From: Laetmonice hystrix
Lineage: Eukaryota
Reading direction: 5' to 3'
NCBI GenBank assembly: GCA_965235115.1
Contig: OZ249436.1
Span: 1,986,001-2,050,000 of the forward strand
DNA: 64,000 nt
Numbering within the stretch: the first letter of the stretch is position 1; each line of letters starts with the position of its first letter. A program made the position numbers and the translations under genes. Under the pieces are notes generated by a model, which was not told the DNA's origin, searched no databases, and saw only the letters and a list, made by a program, of their open reading frames with translations. This document shows, piece after piece, positions 51,681 through 63,119 of the stretch.

Positions 51681-54600
51681 AACATCTCGCCGCCAATCGG
51701 TCTCAGACAATGCTGTGATCGCAGCCTGCAGGCCCGTATAGTGGCAACATCTCGCAGGCCCGTATAGTGGCAACATCTCGCCACCAATCGGTCTCAGACA
51801 GTGCTGTGATCGCAGCCTGCAGGCCTGTATAGTGGCAACATCTCGCCGCCAATCGGTCTCAGACAATGCAGGCCTGTATAGTGGCAACATCTCGCCGCCA
51901 ATCGGTCTCAGACAATGCAGGCCTGTATAGTGGCAACATCTCGCCGCCAATCGGTCTCAGACAATGCAGGCCCGTAAAGTGGCAACATCTCGCTGCCAAT
52001 CGGTCTCAGACAATGTAGGCCCGTATAGTGGCAACATCTCGCTGCCAATCGGTCTCAGACAATGTAGGCCCGTATAGTGGCAACATCTCGCTGCCAATCG
52101 GTCTCAGACAATGTAGGCCCGTATAGTGGCAACATCTCGCTGCCAATCGGTCTCAGACAATGCAGGCCCGTATAGTGGCAACATCTCGCCGCCAACTCGG
52201 TCTCAGACAATGTAGGCCCGTATAGTGGCAACATCTCGCTGCCAATCGGTCTCAGACAATGTAGGCCCGTATAGTGGCAACATCTCGCTGCCAATCGGTC
52301 TCAGACAATGTAGGCCCGTATAGTGGCAACATCTCGCTGCCAATCGGTCTCAGACAATGCAGGCCCGTATAGTGGCAACATCTCGCCGCCAACTCGGTCT
52401 CAGACAATGTAGGCCCGTATAGTGGCAACATCTCGCTGCCAATCGGTCTCAGACAATGCAGGCCCGTATAGTGGCAACACCTCGCTGCCAATCGGTCTCA
52501 GACAATGTAGGCCCGTATAGTGGCAACATCTCGCCGCCAATCGGTCTCAGACAATGTAGGCCCGTATAGTGGCAACATCTCGCTGCCAATCGGTCTCAGA
52601 CAATGCAGGCCCGTATAGTGGCAACATCTCGCCGCCAACTCGGTCTCAGACAATGCTGTGAGCGCAGCCTGCAGGCCCGTATAATGGCAACATCTCGCCG
52701 CCAACTCGGTCTCAGACAATGCAGGCCCGTACAGTGGCAACATCTCGCCGCCAACCGGTCTCAGACAATGCAGGCCCGTACAGTGGCAACATCTCGCCGC
52801 CAACTCGGTCTCAGACAATGCTGTGATCGCAGCCTGCAGGTCCGTGTAGTGGCAACATCTCCCAGGCCCGTGTAGTGGCAACATCTCCCAGGCCCGTGTA
52901 GTGGCAACATCTCCCAGGCCTGTATAGTGGCAACATCTCTCAGGCCCGTGTAGTGGCAACATCTCCCAGGCCCGTGTAGTGGCAACATCTCCCAGGCCCG
53001 TATAGTGGCAACATCTCGCAGGCCCGTATAGTGGCAACATCTCGCAGGCCCGTATTTAATAGTGGCAACATCTCCCAGGCCCGTATAGTGGCAACATCTT
53101 GCAGGCCCATATAGTGGCAACATCTCGCAGGCCCGTATTTAATAGTGGCAACATCTCCCAGGCCCGTATAGTGGCAACATCTCCCAGGCCCGTGTAATGG
53201 CAACATCTCGCAGGCCCGTATTTAATAGTGGCAACATCTCGCAGGCCCGTATAGTGGCAACATCTCCCAGGCCCGTATAGTGGCAACATCTCGCAGGCCC
53301 GTGTAGTGGCAACATCTCCCAGGCCTGTATAGTGGCAACATCTCGCAGGCCCGTGTAGTGGCAACATCTCCCAGGCCCGTATTTAATAGTGGCAACATCT
53401 CGCAGGCCCGTGTAGTGGCAACATCTCGCAGGCCCGTATTTAATAGTGGCAACATCTCGCAGGCCCGTATAGTGGCAACATCTCGCAGGCCCGTATAGTG
53501 GCAACATCTCGCAGGCCCGTGTAGTGGCAACATCTCCCAGGCCCGTATTTAATAGTGGCAACATCTCCCAGTTCTGTGTAATGGCAACATCTCCCAGGCC
53601 CGTATAGTGGCAACATCTCCCAGGCCCGTATAGTGGCAACATCTCCCAGGCCCGTGTAGTGGCAACATCTCTCAGGCCCGTGTAGTGGCAACATCTCCCA
53701 GGCCCGTGTAGTGGCAACATCTCCCAGGCCCGTGTAGTGGCAACGTCTCGCAGGCCCGTGTAGTGGCAACATCTCGCAGGCCCGTGTAGTGGCAACATCT
53801 CGCAGGCCCGTATAGTGGCAACATCTCCCAGGCCCGTATAGTGGCAACATCTCCCAGGCCCGTGTAGTGGCAACATCTCCCAGGCCCGTGTAGTGGCAAC
53901 ATCTCGCAGGCCCGTGTAGTGGCAACATCTCGCAGGCCCGTGTAGTGGCAACATCTCCCCAGGCCCGTATAGTGGCAACATCTCCCAGGCCCGTATAGTG
54001 GCAACATCTTCCAGGCCTGTACAGTGGCAACATCTCCCAGGCCCGTGTAGTGGCAACATCTCCCAGGCCCGTGTAGTGGCAACATCTCCCAGGCCCGTGT
54101 AGTGGCAACATCTCTCAGGCCCGTGTAGTGGCAACATCTCCCAGGCCCGTGTAGTGGCAACATCTCCCAGGCCCGTGTAGTGGCAACATCTCGCAGGCCC
54201 GTGTAGTGGCAACATCTCGCAGGCCCGTGTAGTGGCAACATCTCGCAGGCCCGTATAGTGGCAACATCTCCCAGGCCCGTATAGTGGCAACATCTCCCAG
54301 GCCCGTGTAGTGGCAACATCTCCCAGGCCCGTGTAGTGGCAACATCTCGCAGGCCCGTGTAGTGGCAACATCTCGCAGGCCCGTGTAGTGGCAACATCTC
54401 CCCAGGCCCGTATAGTGGCAACATCTCCCAGGCCCGTATAGTGGCAACATCTTCCAGGCCTGTACAGTGGCAACATCTCCCAGGCCCGTGTAGTGGCAAC
54501 ATCTCCCAGGCCCGTGTAGTGGCAACATCTCCCAGGCCCGTGTAGTGGCAACATCTCCCAGGCCGGTGTAGTGGCAACATCTCCCAGGCCCGTGTAGTGG

Positions 54601-55291
54601 CAACATCTCCCAGGCCCGTGTAGTGGCAACATCTCGCAGGCCCGTGTAGTGGCAACATCTCGCAGGCCCGTGTAGTGGCAACATCTCGCAGGCCCGTATA
54701 GTGGCAACATCTCCCAGGCCCGTATAGTGGCAACATCTCCCAGGCCCGTGTAGTGGCAACATCTCCCAGGCCCGTGTAGTGGCAACATCTCGCAGGCCCG
54801 TGTAGTGGCAACATCTCGCAGGCCCGTGTAGTGGCAACATCTCCCAGGCCCGTATAGTGGCAACATCTCCCAGGCCCGTATAGTGGCAACATCTTCCAGG
54901 CCTGTACAGTGGCAACATCTCCCAGGCCCGTGTAGTGGCAACATCTCCCAGGCCCGTGTAGTGGCAACATCTCCCAGGCCCGTGTAGTGGCAACATCTCC
55001 CAGGCCGGTGTAGTGGCAACATCTCCCAGGCCCGTGTAGTGGCAACATCTCCCAGGCCCGTGTAGTGGCAACATCTCCCAGGCCCGTGTAGTGGCAACAT
55101 CTCCCAGGCCCGTATAGTGGCAACATCTCCCAGGCCCGTGTAGTGGCAACATCTCCCAGGCCCGTGTAGTGGCAACATCTCCCAGGCCCGTGTAGTGGCA
55201 ACATCTCCCAGGCCCGTGTAGTGGCAACATCTCCCAGGCCCGTGTAGTGGCAACATCTCGCCGCCAACGCGGTCTTAGACAAGGCTGTGAT
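51681..55291. repeat. Compound minisatellite of nested 65-, 49- and 26-bp units (plus 31-bp variant)
   Basis: The 49-bp unit caggcccgtatagtggcaacatctcgccgccaatcggtctcagacaatg dominates to ~52840, then the 26-bp unit caggcccgtgtagtggcaacatctcc. Confidence 0.96.
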
Positions 55292-55564
55292 CAATAGCCA
55301 AGGATTGGGAGCCCCTGATGCCCCCTCCCTCCCGGCCACTCTAGCCCCACTCCGGCCACAGAGACGGTCGGCCGGTCTAAGCCGGAGATTGGCTCAACTA
55401 ACGTCCGTCTAAAGTCCACCCTCACACACCCCTACCATCACCACAACCAACAACCACAACCCCTGCTTCAAACAAGGCTTGCCATGAGAGGTGGGAACCT
55501 GGGCCATGTTGATTTGACTCCGCTAGACGCGGGAAGACGAGTTGGTTTGTGTGAAGGCAATGCG

Positions 55565-57605
55565 AGGGTTTTACCACAGACCACGTGCTATCACTGAGTC
55601 TGAACCTCCCTACCACTGGTCTACAACCTCAATGTGTACAGAGATGTGGGCATTATACGGATGGTATTTGATATCATTTGGTGGGGAATGCCCGACAACC
55701 AAGGCCTGGTCCCCCCTACCACTGGTCACAACCTCAATGTGTACAGAGATGTGGACATTATACGGATGGTATTTGATATCATTTGGTGGGGAATGCCCGA
55801 CAACCAAGACCTGGTCCCCCCTACCACGGGTCTACAACCTCAATGTGTACAGAGATGTGGGCATTATACGGGTGGTATTTTATATCATTTGGTGGGGAGT
55901 GCCCGACAACCAAGACCTGGTCCCCCCTACCACTGGTCTACAACCTCAATGTGTACAGAGATGTGGGCATTATACGGGTGGTATTTTATATCATTTGGTG
56001 AGGAATGCCCGACAACCAAGACCTGGTACCCCCTACCACTGGTCACAACCTCAATGTGGACAGAGATGTGGGCATTATACGGGTGGTATTTGATATCATT
56101 TGGTGGGGAGTGCCCGACAACCAAGACCTGTTCCTCCCTACCACTGGTCACAACCTCAATGTGTACAGAGATGTGGACATTATACGGGTGGTATTTTATA
56201 TCATTTGGTGGGGAGTGCCCGACAACCAAGACCTGTTCCTCCCTACCACTGGTCTACAACCTCAATGTGTACAGAGATGTGGGCATTATACGAATGGTAT
56301 TTTATATCATTTGGTGGGGAATGCCCGACAACCAAGGCCATGTCAGTAATATCCACAGGGTTTTACCACAGACCACGTGCTATCACTGAGTCTGAACCTC
56401 CCTACCACTGGTCACAACCTCAGTGTGTACAGAGATGTGGGCATTATACGGATGGTATTTGATATCATTTGGTGGGGAATGCCCGACAACCAAGGCCTGG
56501 TCCCCCCTACCACTGGTCACAACCTCAATGTGTACAGAGATGTGGGCATTATACGGGTGGTATTTGATATCATTTGGTGGGGAGTGCCCGACAACCAAGA
56601 CCTGGTACCCCCTACCACTGGTCACAACCTCAATGTGTACAGAGATGTGGACATTATACGGGTGGTATTTGATATCATTTGGTGGGGAATGCCCGACAAC
56701 CAAGACCTGGTCCCCCCTACCACGGGTCTATAACCTCAATGTGTACAGAGATGTGGGCATTATACGGGTGGTATTTGATATCATTTGGTGGGGAATGCCC
56801 GACAACCAAGACCTGGTCCCCCCTACCACTGGTCACAACCTCAATGTGTACAGAGATGTGGACATTATACGGGTGGTATTTGATATCATTTGGTGGGGAA
56901 TGCCCGACAACCAAGACCTGGTCCCCCCTACCACGGGTCTATAACCTCAATGTGTACAGAGATGTGGGCATTATACGGGTGGTATTTGATATCATTTGGT
57001 GGGGAATGCCCGACAACCAAGACCTGGTCCCCCCTACCACGGGTCTATAACCTCAATGTGTACAGAGATGTGGGCATTATACGGGTGGTATTTGATATCA
57101 TTTGGTGGGGAATGCCCGACAACCAAGACCTGGTCCCCCCTACCACGGGTCTATAACCTCAATGTGTACAGAGATGTGGGCATTATACGGGTGGTATTTG
57201 ATATCATTTGGTGGGGAGTGCCCGACAACCAAGACTTGTTCCTCCCTACCACTGGTCTACAACCTCAATGTGTACAGAGATGTGGGCATTATACGGGTGG
57301 TATTTGATATCATTTGGTGGGGAGTGCCCGACAACCAAGACCTGTTCCTCCCTACCACTGGTCTACAACCTCAATGTGTACAGAGATGTGGGCATTATAC
57401 GGGTGGTATTTGATATCATTTGGTGGGGAATGCCCGACAACCAAGGCCATGTCAGTAATATCCACAGGGTTTTAACACAGACAGCACGTGTTATCACTGA
57501 GTCTGAACCTGTTCATCCCGAACACGGGTCTACAACCTCGATGTATACAGAGATGTGGGATGGTATTTGATATCATTTGGTGGGGAATACCCGACATCCA
57601 AGACA
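55565..57605. repeat. Minisatellite, 105/106-bp unit, ~18 copies, with a longer form interspersed
   Basis: Unit ggtctacaacctcaatgtgtacagagatgtgggcattatacgggtggtatttgatatcatttggtggggaatgcccgacaaccaagacctggtcccccctaccact. An extra segment occurs at ~55565, ~56336 and ~57445. Confidence 0.95.
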
Positions 57606-57778
57606 AATGGGATGAGGAAAAGAATATTTCTGAGAAAAGACGGACAACAAACGTAGTGTTCCTTGAAAGATAGCAGTGAAAGAAGTTCCCGTCGGTTTGA
57701 GCAGTTGTTTTATGTGTCAGATTCGATTTGAGCTTGACTTATTTTCCCTTTCGGATACACATCGATGTGGTGGTACTA

Positions 57779-58275
57779 TGACACGGGAGACAGCGGTGAC
57801 ACGGGAGACAGCGGTGTTACGGTGACACGGGAGACAGCGGTGTCACTGTGACACGGGAGACAGCGGTGTCACTGTGACACGGGAGACAGCGGTGTCACGG
57901 TGACACGGGAGACAGCGGTGTCACTGTGACACGGAAGACAGCGGCGTCACCTTGACACGGGAGACAGCGGCGTCACCTTGACACGGGAGACAGCGGCGTC
58001 ACCTTGACACGGGAGACAGCGGTGTCACCTTGACACGGGAGACAGCGGTGACACGTGAGACAGCGGTGTCACCTTGACACGTGAAACAGCGGTGACACGG
58101 GAGACAGCGGTGTCACGGGAGACAGCGGTGTCACTGTGACACGGGAGACAGCGGTGTCACGGTGACACGGGACACAGCGGTGTCACCTTGACACGGGAGA
58201 CAGCGGTGTCACCTTGACACGGGAGACAGCGGTGTCACCGTGACACGGGAGGCAGCGGTGTCACCGTGACACGTG
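57779..58275. repeat. Minisatellite, 26-bp unit (17-bp short form), internally palindromic
   Basis: Unit tgacacgggagacagcggtgtcactg; arms tgacac/gtgtca. Confidence 0.93.
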
Positions 58276-58328
58276 ACCGTGTCAGCGGTTCAGGTAAAAC
58301 TAGCGGTCTCTCGGTGCACTTGGAACAT

Positions 58329-58875
58329 GTATGATAGGGGTATGAGAATCGCCCCCTCCCATCTCTTGGCGGCACGTGCCGTGTGACGATTCGCTCAGCG
58401 TGGCCTGTAGTATGATAGGGGTACGAGAATCGCCCCCTCCCATCTCTTGGCGGCACGTGCCGTGTGATGATTCGCTCAGCGTGGCCTGTAGTATGATAGG
58501 GGTACGAGAATCGCCCCCTCCCATCTCTTGGCGGCACGTGCCGTGTGATGATTCGCTCAGCGTGGCCTGTAGTATGATAGGGGTACGAGAATCGCCCCCT
58601 CCCATCTCTTGGCGGCACGCGGCGTGTGACGATTCGCTCAGCGTGGCCTGTAGTATGATAGGGGTACGAGAATCGCCCCCTCCCATCACTTGGCGGCACG
58701 CGACGTGTGATGATTCGCTCAGCGTGGCTTCAGGTTGTAGTATGATAGGGGTACGAGAATCGCCCCCTCCCATCTCTTGGCGGCACGTGCCGTGTGACGA
58801 TTCGCTCAGCGTGGCCTGTAGTATGATAGGGGTACGAGAATCGCCCCCTCCCATCTCTTGGCGGCACGTGCCGTG
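58329..58875. repeat. Minisatellite, 81-bp unit, ~6.7 copies
   Basis: Unit gtatgataggggtacgagaatcgccccctcccatctcttggcggcacgtgccgtgtgacgattcgctcagcgtggcctgta. Confidence 0.95.
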
Positions 58876-59173
58876 CCCCGGGGACCACATGGGAAGGCGA
58901 CATCTGGTGTAGTATAAATACAAACATCCCAGCATCATGTGACACCGGGTGACTGTGTTAGCTGTGAATGAAGCAACCAGTTCTAGAGGGCTCTACACGT
59001 GTACATTTACAACCAGGGACTGCAGAGGTATCTGGCTGTCATATTATAAGTGACCCTAATTTGAACCTTACCCAGACCATGGGCCATTTTCTACAAAATA
59101 AGGTTGGCGGAAAGGTCACTAAATTACGCAGTTTTATTTAGAATCTCAGATCAGTTCGCTTTCACCACATTAA

Positions 59174-59615
59174 AGGCAGGGTAAACACCCACGGCAAATA
59201 AGGTTTCATAGACCAAATGAAACACCAGCATTTACCTCAGGGCAATAAATTCCACAATTACGTTGTCAGAATGAAGTAATTAACGTGTAACTGTCCGATG
59301 TATGACGCCGCTGGTTCTGACCTTGACCTTCTTGTGTGTTCATCACAGCCGAATGCTGCACACCGCGGTGTATTGCGTAACATTACATGTTACTCTGCTC
59401 ACCCGACCTTGTCTACACGATGTTTGGAGTCCCAACGTTTGTAAACGTCCGAGGTGTTAAACACACAAGTAGAACAAGCGGCGTCACACATCGAGCAGTT
59501 ACACGTTAATTACTTCATTCAGAAAATGTAATTGTGTCATTTATTGTCCTGAGGTAAATGCTGGTGTTTCATTTGGTCTACGAAACCTTATTTGCCGTGG
59601 GTGTTTACCCTGCCT
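59174..59615. mobile_element. Non-autonomous fold-back DNA transposon (MITE), TTAA TSD, AGG...CCT termini (Kolobok-like)
   Basis: TTAA at 59170-59173 and 59616-59619. Imperfect inverted arms of ~145-165 bp (aggcagggtaaacacccacggcaaataaggtttc... / ...gaaaccttatttgccgtgggtgtttaccctgcct). TTAA with RR..YY ends fits Kolobok better than piggyBac (CCY ends). Confidence 0.88.
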
Positions 59616-59937
59616 TTAACTTGAAGAGTGGACCTGTAGATACTCGGGGATATCACCGAAAACACGCGATTCATTCTTTAAAAAAACAAGTGATAACATT
59701 TGTCATTTCCTGAAAGTGTCCAGAATCAGTAACGTCTGCTTATGTAGAGCCATTGAACGTCGGACATAAACAAGTAAACGTTACGGACACCCGTCATTTA
59801 TTGTGTGTTCATGCAGTAGTTGTCGGCGTGTTCGTTAATCTGATCGGGTGAGCAAGGTGAAACTTGGTTGATTAAATAATCCCTATTGATCATGACCCAG
59901 GGACCCGTTAATGACGGTTGGTTACTGAGGGGTGCTA

Positions 59938-61208
59938 TCAGGTCGGTCATCACAAACAGTTTGTAAACCAAGCGGGGATCTTACCTGGTCATACAGGACA
60001 TAGGGTCGGAATCTGTCAGCGGGGATCTGGTACTTACCTGGTCATACAGGACATAGGGTCGGAATCTGTCAGCGGGGATCTGGTACTTACCTGGTCATAC
60101 AGGACATAGGGTCGGAATCTGTCAGCGGGGATCTGGTACTTACCTGGTCATACAGGACATAGGGTCGGAATCTGTCAGCGGGGATCTGGTACTTACCTGG
60201 TCATACAGTACATAGGGTCGGAATCTGTCAGCGGGGATCTGGTACTTACCTGGTCATACAGGACACAGGGTCGGAATCTATCAGGTCAGTCATCACAAAC
60301 AGTTTGTAAACCAAGCGGGGATCTTACCTGGTCATACAGGACATAGGGTCGGAATCTGTCAGCGGGGATCTGGTACTTACCTGGTCATACAGGACATAGG
60401 GTCAGAATCTGTCAGCGGGGATCTGGTACTTACCTGGTCATACAGGACATAGGGTCGGAATCTGTCAGCGGGGATCTGGTACTTACCTGGTCATACAGGA
60501 CATAGGGTCGGAATCTGTCAGCGGGGATCTGGTACTTACCTGGTCATACAGGACATAGGGTCAGAATCTGTCAGCGGGGATCTGGTACTTACCTGGTCAT
60601 ACAGGACACAGGGTCGGAATCTCTCAGGTCAGTCATCACAAACCGTTTGTAAACCAAGCGGGGATCTTACCTGGTCATACAGGACACAGGGTCGGAATCT
60701 GTCAGCGGGGATCTGGTACTTAGCTGGTCATACAGGACATAGGGTCGGAATCTGTCAGGTCGGGCCACACAAACAGTTTGTAAACCAAGCGGGGATCTTA
60801 CCTGGTCATACAGGACATAGGGTCAGAATCTGTCAGCGGGGATCTGGTACTTACCTGGTCATACAGGACATCGGGTCGGAATCTGTCAGCGGGGATCTGG
60901 TACTTACCTGGTCATACAGGACATAGGGTCGGAATCTGTCAGCGGGGATCTGGTACTTACCTGGTCATACAGGACATAGGGTCGGAATCTGTCAGCGGGG
61001 ATCTGGTACTTACCTGGTCATACAGGACATAGGGTCGGAATCTGTCAGGTCGGGCCACACAAACAGTTTGTAAACCAGGCGGGGATCTGGTACTTACCTG
61101 GTCATACAGGACATAGGGTCAGAATCTGTCAGCGGGGATCTGGTACTTACCTGGTCATACAGGACACAGGGTCAGAATCTGTCAGGCCCGGCCACACAAA
61201 CAGTTTAT
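59938..61208. repeat. Minisatellite, 53-bp unit with interspersed longer form, ~21 copies
   Basis: Unit cttacctggtcatacaggacatagggtcggaatctgtcagcggggatctggta (60001 to 60054). The long form adds gtcagtcatcacaaacagtttgtaaaccaag. Confidence 0.95.
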
Positions 61209-61983
61209 AACTCTTCACTACAACAGTAATTGTTATAATTCAAGAACTACTTGATTTCGTCATTCGTACCAATTGCAAGGACATATGTAGCTACTCCGGC
61301 GATTAAAACAATCGGTGGACTAACAAATTATTTCGGTTTACCAACGAGTCAATTTACAATCTTTGAAATCCTAGAGACTGATACTAACCCAACAATATTC
61401 TTAAAGCTAACCTCTAGAACTACATGGTGTCGTTAATCTTGGTGTGAATGTGGCAATCATTGATTTATGACCAGATGTGTCCGCCTGCTGAATGGCCAAG
61501 TGTTGTGCCGTGAGGAGTATTGGTCTCTTTCAGAACATACAAAGGAATTTATCAACACATTGCGAAGTGGTAATTCTAGCACACAACACGACAGTCGAGC
61601 CGTCTTTCGTGTGGTTTTCTGTTAAAGAGATGCCTGATGTCAATGAGGAGGCGTCCGGTGACTGTTTGACGGATTGTCTACTGCTAGTGTATAGAAACGG
61701 GGAAACAATGAGTATATACGCCGGCAATCTGTCCTTATGGTATGGTTGGAGATACCCCAGATACATAATCGGCAACTTCAAATCTATCACTGTCCCCAAC
61801 CTTAAACCTAATCCTAACTCTACATAGATTTTCATGGATATTTTCACGGCAGTGGAAATATCCCCGTGATAAAAGTATTACCACCATGCCATGGAAATAG
61901 CCATGAAAATCATTGTAGTAAATTCAAGTGTCTGTGTCCTCGTGGGCCACCGTAGCCCTGCTTCGCTTAAAGCTTGCTGTTTA

Positions 61984-62202
61984 GGGGCCGACCAGTTAAC
62001 TTTGATGGGAGGGGGGGGGGAGATTTTATGAATAAATTTCCTGGCTCCAATTTCTTCGGGAAAAAATAATTTGGCTGCCCCTGTCATTGAATAGAGATGC
62101 ATTGAAATGTCTAAAAAAAATTCCGGATCTGAAATTGTGTGAAAAAAATATTCTGTCCAAACTAAATCTCCCCCCCCCCATCAAAGTTAAATGGTCCGCC
62201 CC
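61984..62202. mobile_element. MITE, ~45-bp TIRs, TTA TSD (PIF/Harbinger-like)
   Basis: tta|ggggccgaccagttaactttgatgggagggggggggagattt ... aaatctccccccccccatcaaagttaaatggtccgcccc|tta. A 3-bp TWA TSD is typical of PIF/Harbinger. Confidence 0.8.
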
Positions 62203-62322
62203 TTAGAACCTTTCTGAAACCGGGGCCCATCAGTTTCGTAGGAATATGCCATTGGGGAGTGACTAAGTTAGAACTGGCATGAGTGTGTTTGGAGTAGGAG
62301 GCGGAGTGTGGGGGTGGGTGGG

Positions 62323-62484
62323 TGGCAGGTACAGGTTAGACCACCTGTCAGATATCGTCACGTTGACAGGAGTTGACAGGCAGTCAGGACGACACGCCAA
62401 TGGTATGGCAGGTACGGGTTAAACCACCTGTCAGATATCGTCACGTTGACAGGAGTTGACAGGCAGTCAGAACGACACGCCAAT
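62323..62484. repeat. Tandem duplication, 83 bp x2
   Basis: tggcaggtac..ggtt..accacctgtcagatatcgtcacgttgacaggagttgacaggcagtcag..cgacacgccaat at 62323 and 62406. Confidence 0.9.
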
Positions 62485-63016
62485 AAGTGACAGGAGGAAG
62501 AGGATATGGAGATGTAATGATAGGAGAGTGGCTGTCCCTATTAAATCTCCCATACGACTCGGCTTGGAGATTGTGGGGGCGACTGTCGCCCACTAATGGC
62601 CCACTGTCCAGTCCGTAACAGATTGCGGAAATTTGATTTAACATAACTTCAGCCAAGGCAATTCCATTAGCCAAACTATTAAGGTGATATTCCGGACAGT
62701 TTTTCTCATACATTAACCATGTAGTAAAATTGATTAAGCCGCCAATAATTCTATATAAAAAGATATCGATTGTTTTGAGGTACGATTTACTAGGTTCCTA
62801 GTAAGGACTTTATCCGAATATACCTCAAAATGCAAAAAGATTGTGCAAAAGTGGACTTTTGAAAGAAGCTAAGTACTACACCTCCAGCTTGAGCTTTGTA
62901 GGTATTTTACAAATGTTGCAAAGGAGATTTCATGTTGTATTTATGGTGATATTTGATGCGGGTCTAGAGCAATTTAATGTAAGAATTGAAAAGTGACCTA
63001 CATAATGTAGTATTGG

Positions 63017-63119
63017 CTAATAAAATGTTCTTTTCTTCTTATCTTTGCAGGTAAGTACTCACCTGTGGTCTCCGTATGTATGCCGTTGTTTGAGCGTGTC
63101 ACGCATCTGATAATTTAAG
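63017..63119 (+). promoter_or_regulatory. Candidate recursive splice site (3'ss/5'ss juxtaposed at 63050/63051) with cryptic 69-nt exon
   Basis: CTAAT branch motif at 63017-63021; AG-free pyrimidine tract tgttcttttcttcttatcttt; GCAG|GTAAGT; downstream donor AAG|GTAACA at 63119/63120. Sequence evidence only, no transcript data. Confidence 0.55.

Noticed and set aside
53139..55339. 705-aa and 555-aa ORFs
   Set aside because: The same peptide cycles through all three frames because the 26-bp unit has no stop on that strand; an artefact.
60030..61153. U1 snRNA genes or pseudogenes
   Set aside because: Only the TACTTACCTGG 5' motif matches; the following sequence is unlike U1 and no Sm site is evident.
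1..61208. A shared GTAC motif in many array units as a common nucleation signal
   Set aside because: A 4-mer is expected often in 40-100-bp units, many units lack it, and it has no fixed position relative to array ends.
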